From NCBI GenBank assembly GCA_016650215.1, contig JAENWF010000010.1:1-41888 (forward strand): 41,888 nucleotides of DNA. Reading direction: 5' to 3'. Under the pieces are notes generated by a model, which saw only the letters and a list, made by a program, of their open reading frames with translations, ran no database searches and was not told the origin of the DNA. Positions 1 through 7,477 of the stretch are shown piece by piece (positions within the stretch are counted from its first letter, which is position 1; each line of letters starts with the position of its first letter). Source of the stretch: Thermoanaerobaculia bacterium (GTDB taxonomy: Bacteria; Acidobacteriota; Thermoanaerobaculia; Gp7-AA8). A program made the translations under genes and the position numbers.

Positions 1-719
1 CCCTGCGCGATTCGAAACACCGCGCGTGCGGTCGCGAAGAGTCCTGCGTTCCCGGCGGTGCCGCCGAGGTGGTGCGAGTTGCCGTCGTGTGTATCTCCCC
101 AGATCAGTCCTTCGCGGAACCCGTTGAACAAGACTCCGCGCTCCGCGCACATGCCCCTTTCGTATCGCTGACCCCACTCGGTTGCCGCGATGCGCGGCCG
201 CAGCGAAGCGGCCGGACGGAACATCGCGTCCGTCAGTCCGAGCGGTTTGAAGATCCGCGACTCCGCGAGCGCCACGTAATCGCCGTAGATCCGCGTCAGC
301 GCGAGGTACAGCAGCACGAAATTGAGATCGGAGTAAACAACGCGTGTCCCTGGCTCGTACTCCGCGCCATGCTCGAGAATCGCACGGAGGTAATCGGGAT
401 AGGAATAGAGCGGCAACCACGCGCGCAGCCCCGAGGTGTGGGTGAGCAGCCGGCGATACGTGAATCCTTCGAATGAATCGTCGAGCGAGATCTTCCCTTC
501 GCTCACCGCCTGCATGACCAGAGCGCCGGTGATCAGCGGCTTCGTGATCGACGCGCAGTCGTAAATCGTGTCGAGCGTCGCCGGCACACGAAAGGGAACG
601 GCGACCGCGTGCCCGAGTGCGTTTTCCCGCTCGATCCCGCGTGACGAGCCGATGGCGTACACCGCCCCGGGAAAGCTCCCGACCTCGATTTCGCGGCGAA
701 GGAAATCATCCACGGACAT
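1..719 (-). CDS. Serine hydrolase, beta-lactamase/AmpC-like family; 3' end runs off the window
   Basis: Not in the ORF track (no stop in window). Manual translation from ATG at 719 gives MSVDDFLRREIEVGSFPGAVYAIG..., with SxxK (ASITK), LLTHTSGL, YSDLNF and AGNAGLF motifs. Confidence 0.9.
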   Translation of the reverse strand, partial: MSVDDFLRREIEVGSFPGAVYAIGSSRGIERENALGHAVAVPFRVPATLDTIYDCASITKPLITGALVMQAVSEGKISLDDSFEGFTYRRLLTHTSGLRAWLPLYSYPDYLRAILEHGAEYEPGTRVVYSDLNFVLLYLALTRIYGDYVALAESRIFKPLGLTDAMFRPAASLRPRIAATEWGQRYERGMCAERGVLFNGFREGLIWGDTHDGNSHHLGGTAGNAGLFATARAVFRIAQ

Positions 720-798
720 CGCGCGATTCTATGGGGTTCCATGGGCGTTCATGTCAACGGAGACATTCCTCGGAGGACGTGCTAAACACGCACAATCA

Positions 799-3700
799 AT
801 GTTCCGCCTCGAAAAACTCGAAATTGCCGGTTTCAAGTCATTCTACGAACCCGCTCTACTGACGTTCCCCGCACCGATGACCGCGGTCGTCGGGCCGAAC
901 GGCTGCGGCAAGTCGAACATCTGCGACGCCATCATCTGGGTCCTCGGCGAGAACCGCGCCGCGCACATCCGCGGCGAGACGATGGACGACGTCATCTTCC
1001 AGGGCTCTGCGCGCCGCCGACCACTCTCGATGGGCGAAGTCACGCTCACGCTCAAGAGCGAGAACGGCCATCCCGCCGCCGACGACGGACGCATCACGCT
1101 CAACCGCCGCGTCTTCCGCACCGGCGAGTCGGAGTTCCGCCTCAACGGCAAACGCGTCCGGATGAAGGACATCTCCGACATCCTCATGGACACCGGCCTC
1201 GGCATCCGCAACTACTCCGTCATGGAGCAGGGGAAGATCGATCTGATCCTCTCCAACAAGCCGCAGGACCGCCGCCGCCTGATCGAGGAAGCGGCCGGGA
1301 TCACGAAGTACAAAACGAAGCGCCGCGCGGCCGAGATGAAGCTCGAAGAGACGCAGCAGAACCTGCTGCGCATCGACGACACGCTCTCCGAAGTCACGCG
1401 CAACCTGAACTCACTCAAGCGGCAGGCGGGAAAAGCGCGCCGCCATCGCGAAGTCGCCGAGGAGCTCTCGACGGCGAAGCGGACGCTATACAAGGGACGC
1501 ATCGTCGCGGCGCGGAGCGAACAGCAAGCGGCGCAGCTCGCAGTCGCCGACGCGCAGGCGCGCGAGAGCGAGATCGCCGCGCAGCTCGCAACCGATGAGG
1601 CGGAGCTCGCCGAAACGCGCACGACACACGCCGGACGCGCGAGCCGCGCATCAGCGGTCCGCGAAGAGATGGCCGGCCTCACCGCCGGCGTCGAGCGCCT
1701 CCGCTCGTTTCTCCAGCAGTCCGAGACCAACCTCGGCGATCTCATTCAGCGCATCGACGGGGCGCGAACGCAGATCACGACGCTCGAGTCCGAAGCCGCC
1801 GAACAGCAGTCGCAGCTCGAAGAGAAAACGCGCGCACTCGAAGCCGCGCGAACGGAGCGCAACCAGCTCCGCGAGGGCGCCGACGCAGTCGAGCGCGATC
1901 GCCAGGAGCACTCGGACGAAGTGCGGCAGCACGAGAAGGCTGTCGCCGACGCGCGCGAATCGCTCATGCGGACGATCGCACGCATCTCCGAGTCGCGGAA
2001 TCAGGTGCATCAGATCGAGATCGCCGTCGAAAAGTGCGAGTTCTATCTGACGAAGCTCAGCGAGAACGCTCGCAAGGCGGCGGTGAGCCGCGACGGCGCG
2101 CGCGCGACGATGAACGACTGGGACGCGCGCGTGCAGCAGGCCGAGCAGGTGCTCGCCGCCGCGCAGCAGAAGGCGCGTGAAACGCTCGCGCAGCGCGACG
2201 GGCTCAACGCGAGCCGCGACGGGATGCGCGAGTCGCTCTCATCCGCGCGCGACCGCGTCTCGCAGACCACCTACAAGATCGATTCGCTCCGCACGCTCCT
2301 CACCTCGCTCGAGTCGCAGGACGAAGATGTCCGCCGCGCGATCCTCGAGATCATCCCGAACGCAGCGGCCGCCGCCGAATCGGTGCGCGCTGCCGAAGGC
2401 TACGAAGCGGCGCTCGACACGCTGCTGCGCGAAGTGTCGAAAGCAGTCGTGCTCGCGAGCAGCGACACGGCGATCGAAGCGATCCAGCGCTTGCGCGAGC
2501 GCGGCGCGGGACGCGGCGCGTTCATCACGCTCGACTACCAGCCGGGCGGCGAAGGATCGCGTCGCGGCGATGCGGCGTACTCGGTCGTCGGCGACGGCCC
2601 GGTCGCCGAAGCGGTGCGGCAGGCCATCCCCGAGGCGTACATCGTCAGCGATCTGCGCCAGGCGATCGATCGCGCGAAAGAGCGTCCGCATGCGACGTTC
2701 GTCACGCTCGAAGGCGATGTCGTCCGCGGCCCGCTTCTCGTCGGTGGAAAGACCGAAGGCGCCACGCCCGGCGTCTTCTCGCTCAAGCGGCAACTGAGCG
2801 ACCTCGAGTCGCTCCTCGGCAATGAAGAGACGCGCGCGAGCAGACTCGCGGCCGAACTGCAGAGCGTCGAAGAGGAGGCGCGCGCCGCGGATGACTCGCG
2901 GATCCTTGCGGAAGAGCGCGCGCGTGCGGCCGATGGTGATCTGCGCGAGCAGCGCAGTGATCGCGATCGCGCAAATGCCGAGCTTCAGCGTTTCGAGAAG
3001 GACCTCGCGGTCGCATCGGAAGAGCAGACGCTCTACGTCGAAGAAAAAGAGCAGCTCATCGCGCGGAAGAATGCCGCGATCGCCGAGCTGCAGGCGCTCG
3101 AGAAGACCGAGCGCGACACGCAGGAGACGATCCGCTCGCACGAGGAGCAGCTCACGACGCTGCGCGCCTCGTTCGAGGAGATCACGCAGGTCGCCTCGAA
3201 GGCGCGCGTCAACGTCGAGGCGGCGGGCGGCAACGTCAACGCGATCCAGCGCGAGCACGAGAATCTGACGCGCGTCGTCGTCTCCCTCGGCGCGCGCGTC
3301 AAGCAGCTCCAGGTTGAGATCGAGACCCTCGGCACGAAGCAGACGGAGACCGAAAAGGCTGTCGAGGATGCGCGTGCGCAGCTCGCGACGTCGATCTCGC
3401 GGTCGCATGAGTTGTCGGAAACGCGCATCGCGCTCGAAGCCGAAGTTGCGGATCTCGAGACGCGCGTCCAGGAGCTCGAAGCGCGCGCCGTGAATTCGCG
3501 TGAGGTGTGGAACACCGCGAAGACTTCGCTCTTCGAGTCGGAGCGGCGTGCGGATCGCGCGACGTCGGCGTTCGAATTGCTGCGCGAGCAGATCGCGCTC
3601 GACCTGCATGCGGGAGTCGATGCGCTGGCCGAGGTCGAGCCGCCGGCGGATGACGAAGCGCGGTTCAACCTCGAGTCGGAAGTGAACAAGCTCGCCGACC

Positions 3701-4317
3701 AGCTCGAGAAGATCGGGCCGGTGAACGTGCTCGCGATCGACGAGCACCAGGAGCTCGAGGGACGGGAGTCATTTCTGCGGACGCAGCGCGACGACCTCGT
3801 GCAGGCGATCGACTCGCTGCGCGGCACGATCCGGAAGATCAACCTCACCTCACGCGAGCTTTTCCGTGAGGCGTTCAATGCGGTCAACGAGTCGTTCACG
3901 CAGATCTTCATGTCACTCTTCGGCGGCGGCACCGCGAAGATGCAGTTGCTCGATGAGGAGGATGTGCTCGAGAGCGGCATCGAGCTCATCGCACAGCCGC
4001 CAGGAAAAAGAAACCAGTCGATCGCGCTGTTGTCAGGCGGCGAGCGTGCGCTGACCGCGCTCGCACTCCTCTTCGCGATCTTCCGCTACAAGCCGTCCCC
4101 GTTCTGCATCCTCGACGAAGTCGACGCCCCGCTCGACGAAATCAACAACGAGAGATTCGTGCGCCTCGTCCGCGACATGTCGCGCGACACGCAGTTCATC
4201 GTGATCACGCACTCGCGCCGCACAATGGAAGCCGCGGATGTGCTTTACGGAGTCACGATGGAGGAGGCAGGATGTTCGAGGCTGGTGAGCGTGCAATTCG
4301 CCGATCTGGAAGGGTAA
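799..4317 (+). CDS. smc: Chromosome segregation protein SMC
   Basis: MFRLEKLEIAGFKSF start, Walker A GPNGCGKSN, long coiled coils, hinge, LSGGE signature, Walker B/D-loop ILDEVDAPLD. Start moved to ATG 799. Confidence 0.97.
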   Translation: MFRLEKLEIAGFKSFYEPALLTFPAPMTAVVGPNGCGKSNICDAIIWVLGENRAAHIRGETMDDVIFQGSARRRPLSMGEVTLTLKSENGHPAADDGRITLNRRVFRTGESEFRLNGKRVRMKDISDILMDTGLGIRNYSVMEQGKIDLILSNKPQDRRRLIEEAAGITKYKTKRRAAEMKLEETQQNLLRIDDTLSEVTRNLNSLKRQAGKARRHREVAEELSTAKRTLYKGRIVAARSEQQAAQLAVADAQARESEIAAQLATDEAELAETRTTHAGRASRASAVREEMAGLTAGVERLRSFLQQSETNLGDLIQRIDGARTQITTLESEAAEQQSQLEEKTRALEAARTERNQLREGADAVERDRQEHSDEVRQHEKAVADARESLMRTIARISESRNQVHQIEIAVEKCEFYLTKLSENARKAAVSRDGARATMNDWDARVQQAEQVLAAAQQKARETLAQRDGLNASRDGMRESLSSARDRVSQTTYKIDSLRTLLTSLESQDEDVRRAILEIIPNAAAAAESVRAAEGYEAALDTLLREVSKAVVLASSDTAIEAIQRLRERGAGRGAFITLDYQPGGEGSRRGDAAYSVVGDGPVAEAVRQAIPEAYIVSDLRQAIDRAKERPHATFVTLEGDVVRGPLLVGGKTEGATPGVFSLKRQLSDLESLLGNEETRASRLAAELQSVEEEARAADDSRILAEERARAADGDLREQRSDRDRANAELQRFEKDLAVASEEQTLYVEEKEQLIARKNAAIAELQALEKTERDTQETIRSHEEQLTTLRASFEEITQVASKARVNVEAAGGNVNAIQREHENLTRVVVSLGARVKQLQVEIETLGTKQTETEKAVEDARAQLATSISRSHELSETRIALEAEVADLETRVQELEARAVNSREVWNTAKTSLFESERRADRATSAFELLREQIALDLHAGVDALAEVEPPADDEARFNLESEVNKLADQLEKIGPVNVLAIDEHQELEGRESFLRTQRDDLVQAIDSLRGTIRKINLTSRELFREAFNAVNESFTQIFMSLFGGGTAKMQLLDEEDVLESGIELIAQPPGKRNQSIALLSGGERALTALALLFAIFRYKPSPFCILDEVDAPLDEINNERFVRLVRDMSRDTQFIVITHSRRTMEAADVLYGVTMEEAGCSRLVSVQFADLEG

Positions 4318-4362
4318 GGATTTCATGAAGCAACCGCCGGAAGGCGGCAGTCGTACCCCAAC

Positions 4363-4786
4363 ATGCGTCTTGGCCTTATCTTGCTGCTGGTGAACGGCGT
4401 CGCATTCGGCGTCTTCCTCATCGCGCGTCCTTCCGAGGCGGCGGAACTTGACCGTAAAGATGTTCTCTTTCGGCAGAGGTGCCTTTGAAATGAGTTCCGG
4501 CGATCCTTGGACCTACATCGCTGCTCGACCGCTCCATAACTGGAGCGAGTGGCATGGCGGCGAGCTCTCGTGGGTTAAGGCCATCGAGATTGCCAATTGG
4601 CCGGCGTTAGTCACCGCAATCATCGCAACCGAAGCGCTCGGTGGTACGTTCTCCCTCGGCTATCTTCGCGCTTCATGGGTTCGCGCGGTCTTCTTCGCAA
4701 TCCTGACAACTCTGCAGTGGTTGAGCGCAGGGTTCGTCGTTGATCGCGCCATCCGAAAGCGGCGTTCTTCCAGAAGCGCCGTCTAA
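4363..4786 (+). pseudogene. Frameshifted small membrane protein (cassette-like ORF 1)
   Basis: ATG 4363 gives MRLGLILLLVNGVAFGVFLIARP... (signal/TM-like) and stops at 4488. The +1 frame (track ORF 4448-4786) continues with hydrophobic segments and ends in GTCTAAC. Confidence 0.55.
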
Positions 4787-4871
4787 CTGTTGCACCTCAG
4801 GAAATGTGGGGGCAGGTCTCCACTCTGCTCAATGTGGAAAACGGCACACGTGAACGCGTGATACGTTGGGT
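4781..4871 (+). other. Degenerate attC-like site 1, interrupted by an IR element
   Basis: R''-like GTCTAAC (4781-4787) holds the stop codon. TGTTGCACC pairs imperfectly with ACGTGAACG with a bulged G. R'-like GTTGGGT at 4865-4871. The R''-L'' spacer is shorter than canonical. Confidence 0.5.
4801..4842. repeat. Partial copy A of the GGGGTCAGGTCTCCAC IR element
   Basis: 4801-4831 equals 6035-6066 except for one missing T. The right arm is decayed (GTGGAAAAC). Confidence 0.85.
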
Positions 4872-4877
4872 GGCGCC

Positions 4878-5336
4878 ATGACACTTCGCGATCATCTTCG
4901 CCTTCGACTTGAGACGATCCGCTTCGAATCATGGGCGCCAGTAGTCGTGGCAGTAGGTGCGTTCGGCGAAATCCTCGAACGGGTCGGCGCTCTATCACCG
5001 GAGGCTGAGACTCGCATTGGAATGCTGCCTATCGCTTCCGTCCTTGAGCGAGTCATGCCGGGCGAGGGTGGGTTCTTCACCGTTCCCGAAGCACAAGCGA
5101 GACTCCTCGGCGGCTCGCGAGCCTTCCTAGCCTCGGCTGCACGAAACCTCTCCTTTGTCGGTGTCGTCGGTGAAGGCACGCGCGAAGCAACTCTCACGTC
5201 GGCTCTACGAGCTCTCGCTGCTGAGATTGATTCTGCCTTACATAGACCAAGGCCGTCAGACGGTGGTGGAGGTGACGAGGCTGTCGCGTGGCTATCCGTT
5301 GCGGACCTAGGCGGCAAGAAGTCGCCGTCCAACTAG
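4878..5336 (+). CDS. Hypothetical protein (cassette-like ORF 2)
   Basis: 152-aa ORF starting 7 nt after GTTGGGT and ending at GTCCAAC-TAG. Codon usage looks less GC-biased than host genes. No family recognised. Confidence 0.65.
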   Translation: MTLRDHLRLRLETIRFESWAPVVVAVGAFGEILERVGALSPEAETRIGMLPIASVLERVMPGEGGFFTVPEAQARLLGGSRAFLASAARNLSFVGVVGEGTREATLTSALRALAAEIDSALHRPRPSDGGGGDEAVAWLSVADLGGKKSPSN

Positions 5337-5546
5337 CGATGCACCGGACGCAGGTCGCTCCGCCGCCGACGCGAGGAAATGCGGGCGTCAGGTCTCCACA
5401 CTAGTCAGAATCATTCAACTGCCGGTGGAGACCTGACCCCATTCGCGGGGCCCCGGCGCTTCCGCGCTTCGCTCGACCCGGCCAACATGTTCGTCGCCCG
5501 TGACAGGCGAAATTGGTAACGCAGCTCAATGTCAGATACGTTAGGA
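5327..5546 (+). other. Degenerate attC-like halves flanking IR element copy B
   Basis: 5' half GTCCAAC-TAGCG-ATGCACCGGAC (5327-5349) and 3' half GCAGCTCAATGTCAGATAC-GTTAGGA (5521-5546). The L boxes do not match well, so the halves may come from different sites. Confidence 0.5.
5376..5447. repeat. Copy B of the IR element (MITE/REPIN-like)
   Basis: 13-bp perfect IR, GTCAGGTCTCCAC (5387-5399) / GTGGAGACCTGAC (5425-5437). The 25-nt spacer resembles the start of the copy C spacer. Confidence 0.9.
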
Positions 5547-5560
5547 CGACCACAACATTC

Positions 5561-5953
5561 ATGTCGGAAATGGAAAAGCTTGATCGAACAATTCTCCTCG
5601 GCAATATCTCGGCAATTGCGCTCGCAATCGCAGGAGCTGCACTTGTTTTTGTCGTGTGGCAGTGGGTGTCGAGACACTCTCAGTTGCAGCTGCTGGTTGG
5701 GGTCGCTGCGACTCTAGCTCTTGCTGTTGTCTACGTGGCTGCAGCATCGCGGATCGTTAGTGGCGCGTATCAAGTAAACGGTTCCACGGCGACGGAGCAT
5801 GATTTTGCCAGCACTGCGTACGTTCATGCCGGTCCGCTTGTGCAGCTCGCACCGGTCGTGGCAATCGTGTCAACGTGGGCGGTCCTGGTTGTCGCCTCGC
5901 GCAGGTTCGCTCGCCGCGATAGCCGCGGCCCAAACTCCACGCGCAGCAGCTGA
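5561..5953 (+). CDS. Hypothetical membrane protein, about 3 TM segments (cassette-like ORF 3)
   Basis: ATG 5561 follows GTTAGGA. Three hydrophobic stretches. The 3' end runs through GCCCAAAC...GCGCAGCAGCTGAC, which resembles an attC 5' half. Confidence 0.7.
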   Translation: MSEMEKLDRTILLGNISAIALAIAGAALVFVVWQWVSRHSQLQLLVGVAATLALAVVYVAAASRIVSGAYQVNGSTATEHDFASTAYVHAGPLVQLAPVVAIVSTWAVLVVASRRFARRDSRGPNSTRSS

Positions 5954-6034
5954 CACGGCCCGACGCTGGCCCGGCAGCCGAGCTGCCCTGAGTCCAAAAA
6001 GCTAGAATGAGTCACGTCTTCGGCAAGGCGAATC

Positions 6035-6182
6035 GAAATGTGGGGGTCAGGTCTCCACTCTGCTCAGAATCCCTTCAGCTTCCAATCCAACAGTGCGCAT
6101 CGGTGTGCGACTAACTTAACGCAGCACCTTGGACAGCGAGGTGGAGACCTGACCCCGTTCGCGCCCGTTCGCGCCGTTCGCG
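6035..6182. repeat. Copy C of the IR element with a triplicated right flank
   Basis: 16-bp perfect IR, GGGGTCAGGTCTCCAC (6043-6058) / GTGGAGACCTGACCCC (6141-6156), 82-nt spacer, then CCGTTCGCG three times to 6182. Confidence 0.9.
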
Positions 6183-6228
6183 TGGCCTCGGAAGTCGGTG
6201 AATAGTCATCTGGTTGTATCCTTACGAA

Positions 6229-6438
6229 ATGAGCGAGTTCACCGTTGAGATCGAGCGCGAAGAGGATGGCCGTTGGATCGGAGAAGTCGCCGATCTGCCT
6301 GGCGTCCTTGCGTACGGATCCACACGCGAAGAAGCGGTCGCCAGGGCGAAGGCTCTCGCCTTTCGCGTGCTTGCCGATCGGATTGAGCACGGCGAGGACA
6401 TTCCAGAGATTCGCGGCGTTTTCGCTGTTCACGGATGA
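6229..6438 (+). CDS. hicB: Type II TA antitoxin, HicB family (short, RNase H-like domain only)
   Basis: EIEREEDGRWIGEVADLPGVLAYGSTREEAVARA is the typical HicB N-terminal pattern. ATGA overlap with hicA. Confidence 0.9.
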   Translation: MSEFTVEIEREEDGRWIGEVADLPGVLAYGSTREEAVARAKALAFRVLADRIEHGEDIPEIRGVFAVHG

Positions 6439-6647
6439 ATTGGCCTTCGTCCAAAGCGTCGCGCGTTCTAGCGGCGCTACTTCGGATCGGGTGGTCGGTA
6501 AAGCGCCAGGCGGGTGGGTCGCATCGTGTGCTTTCCAGAGTGGGCTGGCCGGACATCATTTTCGCGTTCCATGACCAGGAAGAGATCGGTCCGCGCATGT
6601 TGTCGCGCATCGCGAAGAAAACGGGGCTGACCGCGTCAGACCTGTAG
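6435..6647 (+). CDS. hicA: Type II TA toxin, HicA family mRNA interferase
   Basis: 70 aa with GW...GGSH motif, a second His (AFHD) and EIGPRMLSRIAKKTGL C-terminus. Confidence 0.92.
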   Translation: MNWPSSKASRVLAALLRIGWSVKRQAGGSHRVLSRVGWPDIIFAFHDQEEIGPRMLSRIAKKTGLTASDL

Positions 6648-6680
6648 CAACCGAAGATGACCTCGAGGGCAATCACCCCA

Positions 6681-6845
6681 ATGAAGAAAGAGATGTTCGC
6701 CGAACTTCTTGAGAGTGTGAAGGAGGCTGGCCGGATCCACCGCGGCGAAGCACGTCCGTCTCGCGAGTATGTTTTCAAAGCGCGCGGTGTGGCGAGCGGG
6801 CTGCGCGGCAGCAAGTGCGGATCCGTTAAGCGGACGCGCGTTTAA
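6681..6845 (+). pseudogene. Truncated XRE/HigA-like (NadS/YiaG-type) antitoxin, N-terminus only
   Basis: MKKEMFAELLESVKEAGRIHRGEARPSR resembles the N-terminal helix of HigA-type HTH antitoxins. The HTH part and the upstream toxin are missing. Confidence 0.6.
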
Positions 6846-7086
6846 GTTCTTCGCGGACGACTCGGCGCAAGATTTTCTCGATCGGTTCGGTCTGGTTGTT
6901 CACATACTCTCGCAGCGCGGCATTGATCATGGTTTGATAGTTCCCACCGCCAGCCTTGTTCACTTGCTCGCGAAACCAGTCGAGAACATCCGTATCGAAC
7001 CGAATTGTGATCCGTGTTTTTCCGGGTTCGGACGGAACTACCGCGCCCCGCTTGCCTTTCTCAAAATCGTATTCGCGTTTCATCAT
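6826..7086 (-). CDS. brnA: BrnA-family antitoxin (RHH), orphan
   Basis: EYDFEKGKRG, KTRITIRFDTDVLDWFR and GNYQTMINAALREY motifs. Confidence 0.9.
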   Translation of the reverse strand: MMKREYDFEKGKRGAVVPSEPGKTRITIRFDTDVLDWFREQVNKAGGGNYQTMINAALREYVNNQTEPIEKILRRVVREELKRASA

Positions 7087-7100
7087 TCATCCACGAGTTC

Positions 7101-7129
7101 AGTATATGCACACACGTATGCACGTGCAA
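7101..7129 (-). promoter_or_regulatory. Sigma70-type promoter of the brn module with a palindromic operator
   Basis: Minus strand TTGCAC-17 nt-TATACT. The spacer contains the imperfect palindrome TGCATAC-GT-GTGTGCA. Confidence 0.75.
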
Positions 7130-7204
7130 CGTGCCTATCTGTTGCGTCTCGGGCCGCCGCCGACGGAGGCAGTCTGTCGAAGCAGATGTTGATTGGCTAC
7201 GGAG

Positions 7205-7230
7205 CGCCGCCGCGGGGCGGCGGCGCCACA
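7205..7230. repeat. GC-rich REP-like hairpin, possible terminator
   Basis: GCGCCGCCGC-GGG-GCGGCGGCGC 10-bp stem followed by CAC (GTGG tag on the minus strand). Confidence 0.55.
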
Positions 7231-7255
7231 CAGAGTCAAAAGCAGAGCTTCCTGC

Positions 7256-7477
7256 TTATGCGATCAGGGGGACGATGACCATTTCGCCGTCGTCGTTGGT
7301 GATCAGGCGGAAGAGGGAGGTTTCGCTCAGGTCCGCGAGGCGCGCTTCGGAGCCGCAGCGTTTGCATTCGCTGGCAGCAGGCGTCGTGCCTTTCGGGATG
7401 AAGTGGAAGCGCTCTTTGCGGCAATCGTCGCAAAGCTCGCGGACTACGTCGTGGTGAAACAGAGTCAGGCGCTTCAT
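7256..7477 (-). CDS. Small zinc-ribbon-like protein
   Basis: 73 aa with CDDC and CKRC pairs. Start abuts the PAP2 stop, so it is the last gene of the operon. Confidence 0.7.
   Translation of the reverse strand: MKRLTLFHHDVVRELCDDCRKERFHFIPKGTTPAASECKRCGSEARLADLSETSLFRLITNDDGEMVIVPLIA

Noticed and set aside
568-798. N-terminal extension of SMC in the ORF track
   Set aside because: It overlaps the divergent serine hydrolase, and SMC homology begins at MFRLEKL (799).
2239-3747. 502-aa antisense ORF inside smc, and similar long shadow ORFs (8538-10013, 14019-15143, 15140-16207, 29955-31706, 34817-35875)
   Set aside because: They lie opposite well-supported genes, have no motifs, and are expected from high-GC codon bias.
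6043-6156. Tn3-family 38-bp terminal inverted repeats (GGGG start)
   Set aside because: The IR is only 13-16 bp, lacks the inner Tn3 consensus and has no 5-bp target duplication.
4801-6182. CRISPR array reading of the recurring GGTCAGGTCTCCAC repeat
   Set aside because: Copies are about 600 nt apart, occur as inverted pairs and separate whole ORFs. No cas genes are present.
4321-7250. Complete integron or intact IS/transposon
   Set aside because: No tyrosine recombinase or transposase ORF in the window, and the attC-like sites are degenerate.
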